NCBI GenBank assembly: GCA_013265495.1
Contig: MU058451.1
Span: 824,584-888,583, forward strand
DNA: 64,000 nucleotides
Source of the DNA: Vicugna vicugna
Lineage: Eukaryota
Direction: 5' to 3'
The notes under the pieces were generated by a model. The model did not search any database and was not told where the DNA came from. It saw only the letters and a list, made by a program, of their open reading frames with translations. Positions 50,353 to 62,940 of this stretch are shown in pieces (position 1 is the first letter of the stretch; each line of letters opens with the position of its first letter). A program made the position numbers and the translations under genes.

Positions 50353-51238
50353 AGTGTTGATCTGCCAGTGGGGTGGGGCTGGTTTCTGACCCAGCTGGCT
50401 GCAGGTGTCCCAAAGCTGGTGCTGTCCTGCTGCTGAGGAGCTGGGTCCCAGGGTGGCTGGCTGAGGAGTCCAGAGTATCTTGAAGCTGGTGTTGGCCTGC
50501 TGATGGGTGGGGGCCTGGGTGGTCCTGGGGCTGGTACTGGCCTGCTGGTGTGTTGGCTGGGTCCTGACAAGGCAGGCTCCAGGACTGTGGTGGTCCTGGG
50601 GCAGTGTCTGCCCACTGGTGGTCGGGCTCAGGGTCAGGGGATCCTGAGGCTGGTGCCCACACAGCGATGGGTCCCTGGGCTAGTGCCAGCCCACTGGCAG
50701 GCCAGTCTGGGTTCTGGGTCTCTGGCTGCAGGGCCCAGGTGTCCCAAAGCTGGAATCAGAGCTGCTGAGGCCCAAGGGGTCCTGTGGCTAGTTCTGGCTC
50801 ATGGTGAGTGAATCTGGGTCCTGGGATTTCTGGCTGTAGTCCTCTGGGGGTCCTGGAGCTGGTGTTGGCCCACTGGTGGGCAAGGCCAGATCCTGGGCTG
50901 GCTGGCTGAGGGGCCCAAGGTGTCTCAGAGCTGCTGTTGGCCTGTTGGTGGCCAGGGCCAGGGGGTCCTGGGGCTGATCCTGGGGCCAGTTCCAGCCCTC
51001 TGGTGGTCAGAGGAAGGTCCCGGGATCCCTGGCTGCAGGGCTTGAGGGGTCCAGGCGTTGCTGTGTCAACCCACTGTTGGTCGGGGCCAGAGTGTTGGGG
51101 CTCCTGGGGCTGGTTCCTGCCCCCTGGTGGGCGGGCCCTGGGCCTGGGACCTCTGACTGCAGTGTTTGTGCCACTGCACTGGTCTGTGGGCCGAGTGCTG
51201 GGCCCGCTGCTGCACAGGGCCTTGACCTGGGGCAGCTG
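50353..51238 (-). repeat. GC-rich degenerate tandem array (~60-70-bp units), L1 5'UTR monomer-like
   Basis: Recurrent ctggctg(c/a)..gg..cc..(g/a)gctggtg.tggcc..ctggtgg units. Confidence 0.8.
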
Positions 51239-53437
51239 TATACTTGAAGAGAACATGCATCCTGCTTTTGAATGAAATATTCTATGTATCTCTGTTAAGT
51301 CCATCGGCTCTAATATGTTGTTTAAAGCCAATGTTTCATTGATTTTCTGTCTGGGTGATGTATCGATTGATGTAAGTGGGGTATTAAAATCCTCTACTAT
51401 TATTGTCTTGTCTTTTTCTCTCTTAAGGTCTGTTGATGTTTGCTTTATATATTTAGGTGCCCCTGTGCATAAATATATACACATGTTATATTCTCTTATT
51501 GGACTGAATCTTTTATTACTACATAATGCCCTTCTTTGTCTCTTAAAACAGACTTTAAAACAAAACTGTAATATCTGGTATAAGTAGAGCTACCCCAGCT
51601 TTCTTCTGGCTTCCATTTGCATGGAATATCTTTTTCCATCCCTTCACTTTTAGTCTGTGTGTAGCCTTAAATCTGAAACAAGTCTTACAGGCAGAATATA
51701 GATGGTTCTTATTTTTCCTTTGTCCATTCAACCACTCTGTCTTTTGATTGGAGAATTTAGTCCATTTACATTTAAAGCAATTATTGATGGGTGTGCACTT
51801 ACTGCCATTTTATTAATTGTGTTCTGTTTGGTAGTTCCTCTCTCTTCCTTCTTCTCTTCCTCTATTCCTTTGTAATTAGGTGACTCTTTTTAGTGGTATT
51901 AGATTCCTTTCTTCTTTGTGTATCTAATGTAGGTTTTTGCTTTATGGCTGCTATGAGGCTTCTGTATATAACAACTTGTTTGTTAAGTCTATTTCAAGTT
52001 GGTAACAAGTTTGAACACATTCTGAGGCTTTGCATTTTTACTCTCCCTTACCATGTTTTATATTTTTGATGTTACATTTTACATCTTTTTATCATCTGTG
52101 CTCCTTAGCTAATTATTGCAGTTATAGTTATTTTACTGCTTTTGTTTTTTCACCTTCATATTAGCTTTATAAGTGACTAATTCACTACCTTTACTATATA
52201 TTTAACTTTACCAGTGAGATTTACACTTTCATAGGTTTTCTTGTTATGAATTAGCACCCTTTCTTTTCAGCTTAAAAAAGTCCATTTAACATTTCTTGTA
52301 AGACCAATTTAGTGTTGATGAACTCCTTTAGCTTTTGCTTGTCTGGAAACTCTCTCTGCTTCAATTCTGAATGATAAATCTGCTGGGTAGATATTCTTCG
52401 TTGGCAGATTTTTTTCTTTCAGCCCTTTGGATATGTTATGTCATTCCCTCTGGTCTGCAGTTTCTGCTGAAAAATCTACTGATGGTTTTATTGAGGTTCC
52501 TTTGTACTAAACAAGTTATTTCTCTCTTTCTGCTTTTAAGATTCTCTCCTTGCCTTAAACTTTGACGTTTTAATTATAATGTGACTTGGTGTGGGTCTCT
52601 TTGAGTTCATCTTCTGGGTAACTCTCTGGGCTTTCTGGATCTGGATATCTGTTTCCTTCCCCAGATTAAGGAAGTTTTCACTCATAATTTCTTCAAATAA
52701 GTTTTCTGCCTCTTTCTCTCAATCTTTCTTTTCTGGGACCCCTATTATGGTGAACGTTTGTCTGCTTGATGCTGTCCTATAAATCCCTCGAAGTATCTCA
52801 TGTTTTTTTCTTTTTCATTTTTTCTTTTAGCTGCTCTAATTTGGTGATTTCCACTGCCCTGTCTTCGGGTTCACTGATAGTTTCTTCTGATTCATTTGTA
52901 CTGCTACTGAACCTCTCTAGTGTGCTTTTCAGTTCAGTATTGTATTCTTCAGCTACGTGACTTCTATTACTGGTACTTTCTTATATTTCCTACCTCTTTT
53001 TTGAAGTTCTCATTATGTTTATCCACTCTCCTGATACTTCTGACCATTTGAACTTATCAGGTAAATTACTCATCTCTGTTTCATTAAGGTTTTTTCCCAG
53101 GTTTTATCATGTGGACAACATACTTCTCTGTTCCTTTATTTTGCTTGACTCTGTGTTGCTTTCTGTGCGTTAGGTGAAATAGCAACCTCTCCCAGTCTTG
53201 AAGGGTTAGCCTTGTGTGGGAGATGCATCTTGTTGTTCAACCCTGCTCTAGCTCTTGGCTGTCTCTCAATGCTTTGTCATTGTCTCAGCAGCCTATTTTA
53301 TTTTTACTGGCTCCCAGTAGTTGAGGGTGTTCCAAGACCTACCAGTGTTCTGAAAGGGCAGATCTTAGCACTGAAATTCAGACTGATCGGAAGCCTGATT
53401 TTCTGGCAACAGCTTTTGAAATATGCAAATATGAATT

Positions 53438-54800
53438 GTCCTGTGGGACTACAAGTGTAAGCTCCACTAGCCTCCAGAGCCAGGTAAGCTAGAAATGTCC
53501 CTTGGGTGGCAGCTGCAAAAATTTGGGCTCTAGATGAGTGTAGAAGCACCTTTCTGGGAGATACCGGCAAGTTGCGCCAATGCAGAGGGAGAGTGTAGAG
53601 ATGGTGTCCACTGGCCTCAGTTCCCTGAGAGCATCTCCATCAGCCTCTAGCTGTGTGCCAGACCTGAAGTCTTCCCCTCAGACCGAAGCTCTGGGACAAG
53701 CAAATAGGCCTCTTTTACAGAAAGACTGGGGGTGTATTTCAGTCGCTCTCTGCGCAGTGCCCTGGGGGTGGAAGTCTGCCCAGCACTGTCTCTGTGATTG
53801 TTACAGTCCTGTGCGATCTAGGAACACAAGACCCCCTGGCCACCAGAGCCAGGGGACCAGGGGCATCCCCTGGGTGGCGGCTGCAGAAACCAGGATGCCA
53901 GATGTGTATAAAAGCTCCCTTCTAGGAGATCTTAGTGCTCTGGAGTACAGCAGAGGGAAAGCACAAAGATGGCGTTCGTCCTCTGGAAGGGATTACCGAC
54001 AGCCCTTAGATGTGTGTTTAATTAGAAGCCTGCCCCTCAGGCTGCAGCTATGAGGATAAGATGATAGGCCTCTTTGATAGAAAGACTGAGCTCCTGGATT
54101 TGTGTGAGCTCTTTTTACTGTGCCCTGGGGTGGGGGGCAGGAGGTGGGGGGTGGTGGTAGCCATTTAAGAACTCTTTCTCTATTGGCTACAGTCCTGTGG
54201 GACCCCTGAGCTTAGGCCCCACAGGTCTCCGGAGCCAGACAATGTAGAGGTGTCCCCTGGTGGCAGCCACAGAGATCAGTGTACCAGACAAGGGTATAAG
54301 CTCCTTCCTGGGAGATACTGGTGAGCTGGAGAGAGGCAGAGAGAGGGAGGAAAGGTGATGTCCACTGGCCTCTGTTTCCTGAGGGCACCTCTGTGCCAAA
54401 CCAGAAGCCTGCCCCTCAGGCCAAAACTCCTGGACAAGCAAAAAGCCTCTTTCACAGAAAGACTCAGGGTGTGTTTCAGCTCCTGAGCTATGCAGTGCCC
54501 CGGGGCGGGGGGTGTTGGTCTGCCAAGAACTGTCTCCAGTTGTGACAGTCCTGTGGGGTCCAGGATCACAAGTCCCCTGGCCACCAGAGCCAGGTGATCA
54601 ACAAACATCCCCTGAACAGCAGCCCCCCAAGTGGGGCACCAGATGTAAAAGTCAGGGTACCAGATGCATGTAAAAGCTCTGGAGCATGGCAGAGGGAGAG
54701 AGCCAAAATGGTGCTTTCCAGCCAGCAGGCTCCTAGATTATGTTAAATTCCAGGTCTACTTCTCAGGCTGGTGCCTGAAGATGAATGAATGAGCCTCTTT
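53438..54800 (-). repeat. ~370-bp degenerate tandem repeat in the L1 5'UTR (~3.5 copies)
   Basis: gtcctgtg marker at 53438, 53806, 54192 and 54548, with recurring ccagagccag, aggcctctt..a.agaaagact and gcctgcccctcag. Confidence 0.8.
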
Positions 54801-55242
54801 AACATATAGTCTGGCTGCCCCTCGATGGGCTGCCATTGCACTGAGTCCTGGGGTGGGCGAGTGCACACGTGAGCCCTCTGAGAGTGTCCTCAGATGGCTG
54901 TCACCTTTGGGTCTCATGGACACAGGCCCCACTGGTTTTCACAGTGCGATGCAGGCCTTAGAATTTGGGGTGGCCCTGTGGGGTTTAAACCCTTTACTCC
55001 TCAGGGAGAAACTCCGGGTTTTGAATTTCCACAATTGTGGGTTGCTGTGCCAGGGATGGGGTTCCTGGAGAGAGAGTGTTCCAGCCTCTCCTGCCTGCTT
55101 TGATGTGGGCCTTCGCTCATTTACCCTGTGTGGCGGAGCTGCTCAGCCAGTGTTTAGTGCTTTTTCCGGAAGGAGTTGTTCCGCATGTCGCTGCGGATTC
55201 AGCTGGGAGGAGGTGAGTTCAGGATCCTCCTGTGTTGCCATC

Positions 55243-55342
55243 CTTTTTTTTTTTTTTTTTTTTTAACGTACCGGGGATTGAACTCCAGGACCTTGTGCGT
55301 TCTAAGCACGAGTTCTACCACTGCGCTATTTCCCTCCCCCAA
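55243..55342 (-). mobile_element. Camelid tRNA-Ala-derived SINE (Vic-1-like)
   Basis: Reverse complement ggggagggaaatagcgcagtggtagaactcgtgcttagaacgcacaaggtcctggagttcaatccccggtac plus poly-A; TSD cct(g/a)tgttgccatc at 55229-55242 and 55343-55356. Confidence 0.88.
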
Positions 55343-55929
55343 CCTATGTTGCCATCTTGAACCAGAACCCAAGCATTCATTTTTATGCTCTGGTCATGAT
55401 TAACTCAGCCAGGTAATTATTTTTGCTCTCCATTGCATCCTCAGGTGTATTAGGTCTGATACAGCTTTTAGTGAATAAATAAATCAATGAATAATACTCT
55501 TCTGAATAAATTCCCAGACACAGAATTATAGCAGCTTATTAAATTTAAGTCTAAGATATTAGTGTATTTAATATGTAGACGATATCAAAGAAAAATGAAA
55601 CAATGAATTAGAGTTTTTTGGGTAGCATAAAAAATGTGTTTGTGGACCTATAATATAAACCAGCAGCGCCTTCAGCTGATACTTCTGCATCTTTACTGTG
55701 TGATGGGCTGGGTACTCGGTGGTATAGAAAATGAGACACTGTTCCCACTCCAAGAAGTTGAAAATGTTGGGTAGGGGGTTAAGAAACATATGTGTAGTAA
55801 ACAACAATTGTTTTTCAAGGCAACAGATAATACTAAATAAATCATTAAGGGTGCCTTCCTCAGTAATTCAGAGGAGTGCAGCGTGATCCAACTGAGTAGA
55901 TAGTAGCAAACAGGTTTACAAAGAGGCTG

Positions 55930-56910
55930 TACTAACGTATGCTTCCACTAGTGCTATGTACAGATGCTACTTCTCTTCATTTCAGCCATCCTTTTTCATT
56001 TCTTCACATTCTGTTGGTATGCGAAGATACCACAAGATTGATTTAATTTGCGTTTCTTTGACAACCAATGACGTTGAACAACTTTGTCTATGCTTATCAG
56101 TCAGTTGGATATCCTTTTAGCCTTTTTTGAGTCTTGAAAGTTCTTGCCCTTTTCCATATTGATTTGTATGAGCTCTTTGTATCTTCTCTTTATGAGTAAT
56201 TTATCAGATGTATATGTTGCAAATATCTTTTCCCACCATGGCTTGCCCTTTCATTCTTAGTGGTGTGTTTTGATGAGAGGAACATCTTAATTTTGATATA
56301 GGCCAACTTATTTTAAAAATGGTGAATTATTTTTATGTCCTGTTAATCTCTATATGAAATTCATAAACGTATTTTATGTGTATTTTTCTAATATCTATAT
56401 TATCTTACATTTGTACTTAGTCTGTTGGGATTTTATTTTTCTGTATGACGAGAGGTAGGGGTCAAGATTCATTTTTTTTCCCCAAGTGGGAAGAACACTG
56501 ATCAGCACCATTTATTGAAAAGGCCATCTTTCCTGTACTCTCATCCTGGTCATCAGTGACAGAATATGTGCAGTTCTGTTTTTTATCTTTTTTGTTTTTT
56601 CCTTTAGTCTAGTACGAGTACCACAGTAACTGCTAAGTGATTGGTTTTGACATCTGCTACTGCTCTTGTTTATTTTAAAGAATCAGATTGTGTTCTGTCT
56701 CTGTCTCTGTCTCTTTCTCTGTCTGTCTCTCTCTCTCTCTCTCTTCCCCTTCTCTCTTTCTCTCTGTTCTTGGACTTTAATTGGGATTACATTGAATCCA
56801 CACATCAATTTGAGGAGAACTGACATTTTTAAAACATCCAGTCTTCTAATTTATGAATATGGTATATCTTTCCATTTACTTAGGACATCTTTAATTTCTG
56901 TCAACAGTAT
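55930..56910 (-). mobile_element. Old L1 ORF2/3' remnant
   Basis: gatttaatttgcgtttctttga...tcagatgtatatgttgcaaatatcttttccc...cagcaccatttattgaaaagg...ttgggattacattgaatcc. Confidence 0.75.
56694..56765 (+). repeat. Imperfect (CT)n/(CTGTCT)n microsatellite
   Basis: Directly visible. Confidence 0.85.
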
Positions 56911-57129
56911 TCCTTCGTGTTTAGATTTTAGTTGCAATTAGATAATACACAATTTGATGTTCAGCTTGTACTTAGATCAATGGGTCCAAGCTGGCAATTA
57001 TTAGAAATACCTGTAGAATTTTAAAATGATACTGACATCCAGATCCTACTTCAGAGCTACAGCATCAGGATCTCTGGGAGCAGGACTCAGAGTCTACAGA
57101 GCCTTCTGGACTTCACAATACTTTTGGTG

Positions 57130-57485
57130 CAAGTATAAAAATCAGTACAATTTGTTTTGCATAATAATTTGGCAAATTTTATTAGATTAAGTAATCATAA
57201 CTGTTGACCTTGCACTTATATATCTAGGAAGTTAACTTAGATGAATTATTTGTGCACATTTATAAAGAGATAAAAGAATGTTTACTACAGCATAGTTTAT
57301 AAAGGGAAAATCCAGCAACCTACCTCAATTTCCATCAGAGGAAGAGGTATGCTACTTACATATAGTGGAACATTAGGCAGCTGTTAAAAGTGAGGAACTC
57401 GATCTATAAGTACCAAAGTGGACAATATCTAAAGCAGTTGACATTTTTTAAAAAAAATCAACAAACAGAAAATTATGTAAAATAA
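57130..57485 (+). mobile_element. Ancient L1 (L1ME-like) 3' fragment
   Basis: aagtataaaaatcagtacaa...aatttggcaa...aagaatgtttactacagcatagtttataa...tagtggaacattaggcagctgttaaaa. Confidence 0.6.
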
Positions 57486-57894
57486 GCCAAACTGTACCTA
57501 CACAGGTCAGCATGTGTTACACACAGGTGCGCACCACACCTAAAGGCAGTCAAATGACCGCATCCTCTGGGGGAATCGGAAGCTTCCTGTCACCCCTCCC
57601 CCGTGAGTTCTATAAAAGAGCAGTGGCACAGTGTGTCAGAGTCAGACCGCAGGCAACCCAGGCTGATTCTAGTGGGAATGGCTGGCGTTTTTGCCTGTGG
57701 ATTCTTCAATGCTGGGCTGCAGGAGCCCAGCGGGGTGAATTCCTAACAGTTTGTGAGGGAAAGAATTGGTTGGTCCATTGTATATTCATTTGGCAACAGG
57801 TGGAGAACAAAAATCCTTTAAAATTTTTACATATTTCCGTATTCTTTATGATAAATAGGCTTGCTTATATTACACAATTTTTTTTACCATGTTC

Positions 57895-58190
57895 ATGTTT
57901 CTTAACCATTCAGTGGCATTGAGTACAGCAAAACATTGTGCAGCCATCACCACCATCCATCTCGAGAACTTTTTCCTTATCCCAAACAGAAACTCTGTAC
58001 TCATTAAACAGTATCTCCCCATTTCTCTCTGCTATCAGCCCCCAGTAACCTCTATTTTACTTCCCATCTTTCTGAATTGTCCTATTCTAGGTCTTTCATA
58101 TGACATTAGAATCAGACATTTGTCCCTTTGTGTCTGACTTCTTTGATTTAGTATAATGTCTTTAAGGTGAAGCTATGTTATAGCATGCAC
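57895..58190 (-). mobile_element. L1MB/MA-type 3'UTR fragment
   Basis: ttcagtggcattgagtaca...ttgtgcagccatcaccaccatccatctcgagaac...aaacagaaactctgtactcattaaaca. Confidence 0.85.
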
Positions 58191-61142
58191 ATAAACATTT
58201 TAAATATTTAAAACATATGAATGTGGGGGGAAAGATTTCTAAGTTCATTCTGGCAAATGGCCAAGTTCAGGACCGTTGCACGACGTGACTTTCCAAAGTA
58301 GGAGCGATGCTGTCATTTTAGTCTCTTCCTACCTGAGACCAATAATCTTCCCGAAGGTCCAGCTCAGGCATCAGTCCCTCCAGGAAGCCTTCCTCGACCT
58401 TCCACACAGAAATATTTCCCATTATCTGAATGTTTTCAACTGTGCCCACAGTCATGTTTTAATCCGTCTACAAAATTTAAAATCTGGAGCCATAATTTAC
58501 ACAGTTTAAGATTCCTGCAACCAACTCTTTCCCATATCAGGATATCTGATTTTTCTTGAGAGCTGGAAAACCTGACACCCCGAGCCAGCATTCCCACGTG
58601 GCAGCAGCTGGGTAGAGTTGAGAAGCAGCTGTCGGTCTGCAGACCCCTGCTCTTTTCTGACACCCTCCCTACCTCGCCCCTCTGAGGATGACTGCCTAGG
58701 GCTGATTACAATACACTTGTTCGTGTATTTTTCTTACAGTGTAGAAAACCTTTTCTGAACTGTCACTACCAAACCAGAATAAGCTGGTGGTGGTGGTGGT
58801 GGTTTTAAATGAGAGCGCCCTGGGAGTCCCAGAGAGGCCCGTGTCATTCACCGATTTGTATTACATGCCCCTCCTGTCATTTGAGTTTGCAGCCTTTGGT
58901 CAGCTGAACCCTGGGCATTGTAGGGCACTGCACATCTCTCTGGCCACTTCAGGAATGTCTCGCTGTGTGTAGAAAGCACTCTGTGAATGGTTATCAGTGA
59001 CTGTCAGCTCATCCGATATCATGCTTCGTTTTTAGAGCAATTGTAAGGCTCCGTTTCTGAAACTGTCTTAGACTTTCTCCACCATCCCCGCAGCTCTGCT
59101 CTTTCTTATTTTCATCTGTGAAACTCCCGCCTGTCCCTCAGTACAGATGAAATGTTACGTTCTCCTAGGAGTCTTCCCAAACAAAGCACTCATCTCCTGG
59201 GCCCGGTGCGCCTGGAGCCGCTGGCTCACCCCGCTCCTTACTGCTGATGTCCTGGCCACCCCACACCGCCTTGATCTCGGCAGCACCCTTAACCCCACCC
59301 TGGGAAACATGAACTTCCCAGTAAGTTCACACGTCAAAGGGAACTATTTTTTCAGCATCTCATTTTCTTTAAAGCCTGTTGATGTAAGGCTGTTTGGAGC
59401 AGTCTGTTGTTTTTCCTGATTCCTGCATTCTCCTTTGTTTTTCATGGAACACACAGCACTGATTTCCTGTAAGGCTTTGCAAATAAATTTCAAGGTCGGG
59501 AGCTGGAAGCCTTTCTGGAGCTGTCGTGGTACCTTCTGATTTCGCCTGGGCCAAGAAACGCTTTCAACCCCAGAGGGCAGAAGTTTTTCAAAACAAGACT
59601 GTTCCAATAAGGGGGTGCCCTTCCCCCATCAACTCCTGCCCCCGCCCGCTTGCATTTTAACTACTTTGAGAAGAATGGAAATTCTGCAAAGTCTTCAGTA
59701 TATTTGAAGCATCAAGCAGGCTAGGTGATGGGGCCTGCCGTGATTTCTCAGTGAGGGGTTGGTGCAGACAGGAACACAGGGAGGCGGTGAAAGAGGCCTT
59801 TTCTGAAGAGCCAGCGGAGGGGCGGGGCGGCCTTCGCCCAGACCCCCTCTCCCTTCCTCCTCTGCCCGGGGGGTGTCTGGACCTGTGCTCACGGGGACTT
59901 TGATCCTGTGACGTGGAGGAAGGTGGGGAGGGGTTGTCCAGGACTCCTGCATGTCAGGGCTAGAGCAAGTGCAGGGCATCCTGTTCAGCGGTTTAGTTCT
60001 TTTTAATGTCCGAGTTGATGCAACAAACCAACCGCTCCTCACTGTTCACACTCTTTGTCTTGGTTTTTCTTCTCTAACTTCCTTTTCTGTCCTCCTTCAA
60101 CGCTTTGCCATTTTTCGGAGGCGGGCTCCGTGCTTGTAAACAAGGAAGCGTGATGAACGTAGTCAGAGGGGTCTTGCATTTAAGGACCTTGGAGCAGCCT
60201 TTGGGTACCTGGTTCGTCTCCACAGATGCAGTGTCCCTAAAGGGGGGGCTGGGAGTGAGTGTGGGGACCCTTGTCCTCCTGGAAATATGACCAAGGTCCT
60301 GTCCGCTGTCCCCCACCTACCAGCCCACCTTCAGGTTCTGTTTTTGGAGGGTGATAGTAAAACCCTCCACAGGAAGGGTTTAGTGTCTTTAAAATCTCCT
60401 CCCGCCAGCCCCCATCCCCTTCTGCTGATCTGAACTGGAGAAGTGACCTTTGGGCGGAAAGGGCTTTAGCCCGATTGCTGCACTTTCTGGAACCATCAGG
60501 GAAACTCGATTGCTATTCTTGCCCCTAGAAACAGTTCACTGCTAACATACACGTTCAGTGATACACAGTTTGTTCCAAAGACAGCAAAGCCTACAAGGTC
60601 TGGATTAGAGAAAATGTTTAGAATGAACCAGCCTGTCCCCGCAGCTGTAATCCTCTGACATCATACGCAACTTGGTGGCTGGGTCCAGCCAGATCCTTTG
60701 CAGTGCTGGATGGGGCAGGGGGCAGAAAGAGGGCCTTGGAAGCCTCTCGCATGTGCTCATGACTGGCTTTGCCTCTAGGACATTGGCTACGGGTTTCTAT
60801 CCCCAGGGATGCCCTAGGACAAGCCCTCCTTCCATGTCGCTTGGATTACTGCGGTCCTCCCGCAGTCTCCCTGCTGGCAGTTACTATACATTTCTCTCTC
60901 GTTAATCCAGGGATGGATTAAGAGCCCATTAGCATCTTATTCTTTCATTTCCTTTAGGCTTATGAAAATGTCACCCCCTTAATGAGACTTGTTTCCAGCC
61001 AACATTCATTGCTGTCCCCTCTGGCCTTCCATCCTAAAATTCAAATTCTTTGCAACATTTGCTGCCCGCCCCCCAGATTTCCAGTGTTCTTGTGATCTAG
61101 TGAGGCCCCTGTCAGTCTTTTTTTCCAGTTATCTCTGTTTCC

Positions 61143-61156
61143 CCACTAGGTGGCCA
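61143..61156 (+). promoter_or_regulatory. Candidate CTCF site
   Basis: CCACTAGGTGGC matches the core consensus CCASYAGRKGGC. Confidence 0.35.
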
Positions 61157-62814
61157 GCCCCTCGGGGACACCCCTGACACCAGGCAGACCTCTCCACTCA
61201 CTGGAGGAAGTCTCTAGACGATTAATGGAATTGAGTTCAGGGACACAAGGATTTTGGGGGCATAGGCATGGCCAACTGGGAATCAGAATGGCTTGGAAAG
61301 GAAAGGCCAGGAGCCGGGCGAGCACACTGCACATGCGGCCCTACCTTGCTGGAAGCTGACTTGAACTGGGGGTCTTTCCTACAGATCTGCTTGCCCCAAA
61401 GCAATGGCCCTTCACCTCACCTGCCAGGCAAGCCCCAACTAACCTAGACAAATGAAACTAGAATCTCTAGAGAGGGGCTCAGGAAGTCTTTAAGGCACCC
61501 AGGTGTTTTCAGCAGGCAGCCAATCGAGAAGCACTGGCAGAAAGGAATTAGAACATGTGGGGGCCTCCACTCATAGGGAGCTCCCCAGAGGTCACGGCAG
61601 GGTCCTGCCCAACGCGCAGCAGACAGGGGGAGGCGGGGAGGGCGAGTCGGTGGCAGCGCCAGTGTGGACAGCACCAGGTAGCTGGTCTCCTTCCCCACCT
61701 GGTGCGCACCTCATCCTCTGTGGGTCTTGGGGCTTTGAGCCAAGCCACACGGAGAGAAGATGGGCCAGGCCGTAGAGTGCTTGTAGCAGAAGAGGGGCTT
61801 CCGTCCCAGCTCAGGGGAGGAAATCCATTTTCAGGTTTGGCAGTCTAAGCTATGGTCCCGGCAGCAGACTCCCCCAGTCAAACCAGTGCACAGAACCAGT
61901 CCAGAATGGCGGTGCGGGGGGTGTCTGCACACGCAGGGGCTCCGAGCACACTCTGTGTCCCCACAGGAGACTTCTCTCTGAAGGGTTTTCCTCTGGCAAA
62001 GCATCCGTGTTTCTTCTGTTGCCAATAAAAACCCCCGGCGCTGTTCTTTCTCCTCCGCGTCCTTCTATTGCTTCTGACAGAGTTTGCCAGTTAGCTGAGG
62101 TCAGGATTTCCTTTTTACAAACAACCTGCTTTCAGTCAGTGGGGCCAAAGGTTTCCCAAATTACAAACCCTTTCATTTTTTCTGCCACAAGTTATCCTGT
62201 CAGTCTGTATAATTGCATGAATGGAGAGACATGGAAACATTTCTGAGAGACACCGAAAGAAAGAAATGCCTTTACGAGCCCTCCCCTGGACTGTCAGAGC
62301 TCTCCTGAGCGGGATGGGCAGGACCATGCGAACTGGCGGAAGCCTCTGTAGCTGCGCAGAGCGTGGGGGTTCCAGTGTCTGCGAGGAAACTTTGTCCAGT
62401 TCTTAAACGAACACGCAGTGTCCGAGGCAGCATCCCCATGTTCTGTTAAGCAAATGCCCTCCTTTATATTCATTTGAATTGAAGAACATCCAAGTCATAT
62501 TCAGATGTTTTGAAAAGCAAATTTTAAAAGCTATTACAAAATATCTGTGAATTTGACATTGGTAAATGCTGATTGGAAGACAAATTTTAAACCAACCTCT
62601 GGAAGACGTGCTAAGGTTTTTTAAAAAAAAAAACAGCAGCAGCAGCTTTCAGGTATCACTGGACAATTGTACTGACTACGGACAGGATGCCAAACAGACC
62701 TTGAAGATGGAAAGTGCTGCCGAAGCCCTGGGGTGGGGCGAGAGAGCAGGGCACGGAGCCAGCTTTCATTGGCCTGAGAGCTCCTGATCTCTTCACAATT
62801 CCGTGTTGCATCCA

Positions 62815-62940
62815 AGAGTCCGCTGGGGTCGTGACTCTGCCTTATTTGGCTGTGACCTCTCTGGCAAAGCATTTAACCTGAGTTTTGTAATCTGTAAAAT
62901 AAAGGGCTCAGCTAGACACTACTGAGAGCTAACATCTGAA
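62815..62940 (+). mobile_element. MIR/MIR3 fragment
   Basis: ggctgtgacctctctggcaaagcatttaacctgagttttgtaatctgtaaaataaaggg. Confidence 0.6.

Larger units (their letters stand above)
46573..55370 (-). mobile_element. Rearranged full-span L1 (5'UTR, ORF1, partial ORF2, 3'UTR) with nested insertions
   Basis: 5' end gggttctggttcaagatggc (YY1-like) at ~55351-55370; endonuclease homology in ORF 50756-51484 (GAPKYIKQ...IIVEDFNTPLTSID); ORF2 3' half and 3'UTR at 46573-50352; TSD aagc(t/a)ttcattttt at 46559-46572 and 55371-55384. Confidence 0.9.

Noticed and set aside
50756..51484. 242-aa ORF as a novel Pro/Gly-rich endonuclease fusion protein
   Set aside because: It is a decayed L1 endonuclease fragment reading into a GC-rich, stop-poor repeat array; there is no evidence of expression.
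50353..54800. CRISPR-like or satellite array
   Set aside because: Eukaryotic context; the units are degenerate, lack unique spacers and lie within an L1.
55262..55342. tRNA gene (also at 63445-63528)
   Set aside because: A-rich tail, TSDs and degenerate stems identify these as SINEs, not functional tRNAs.
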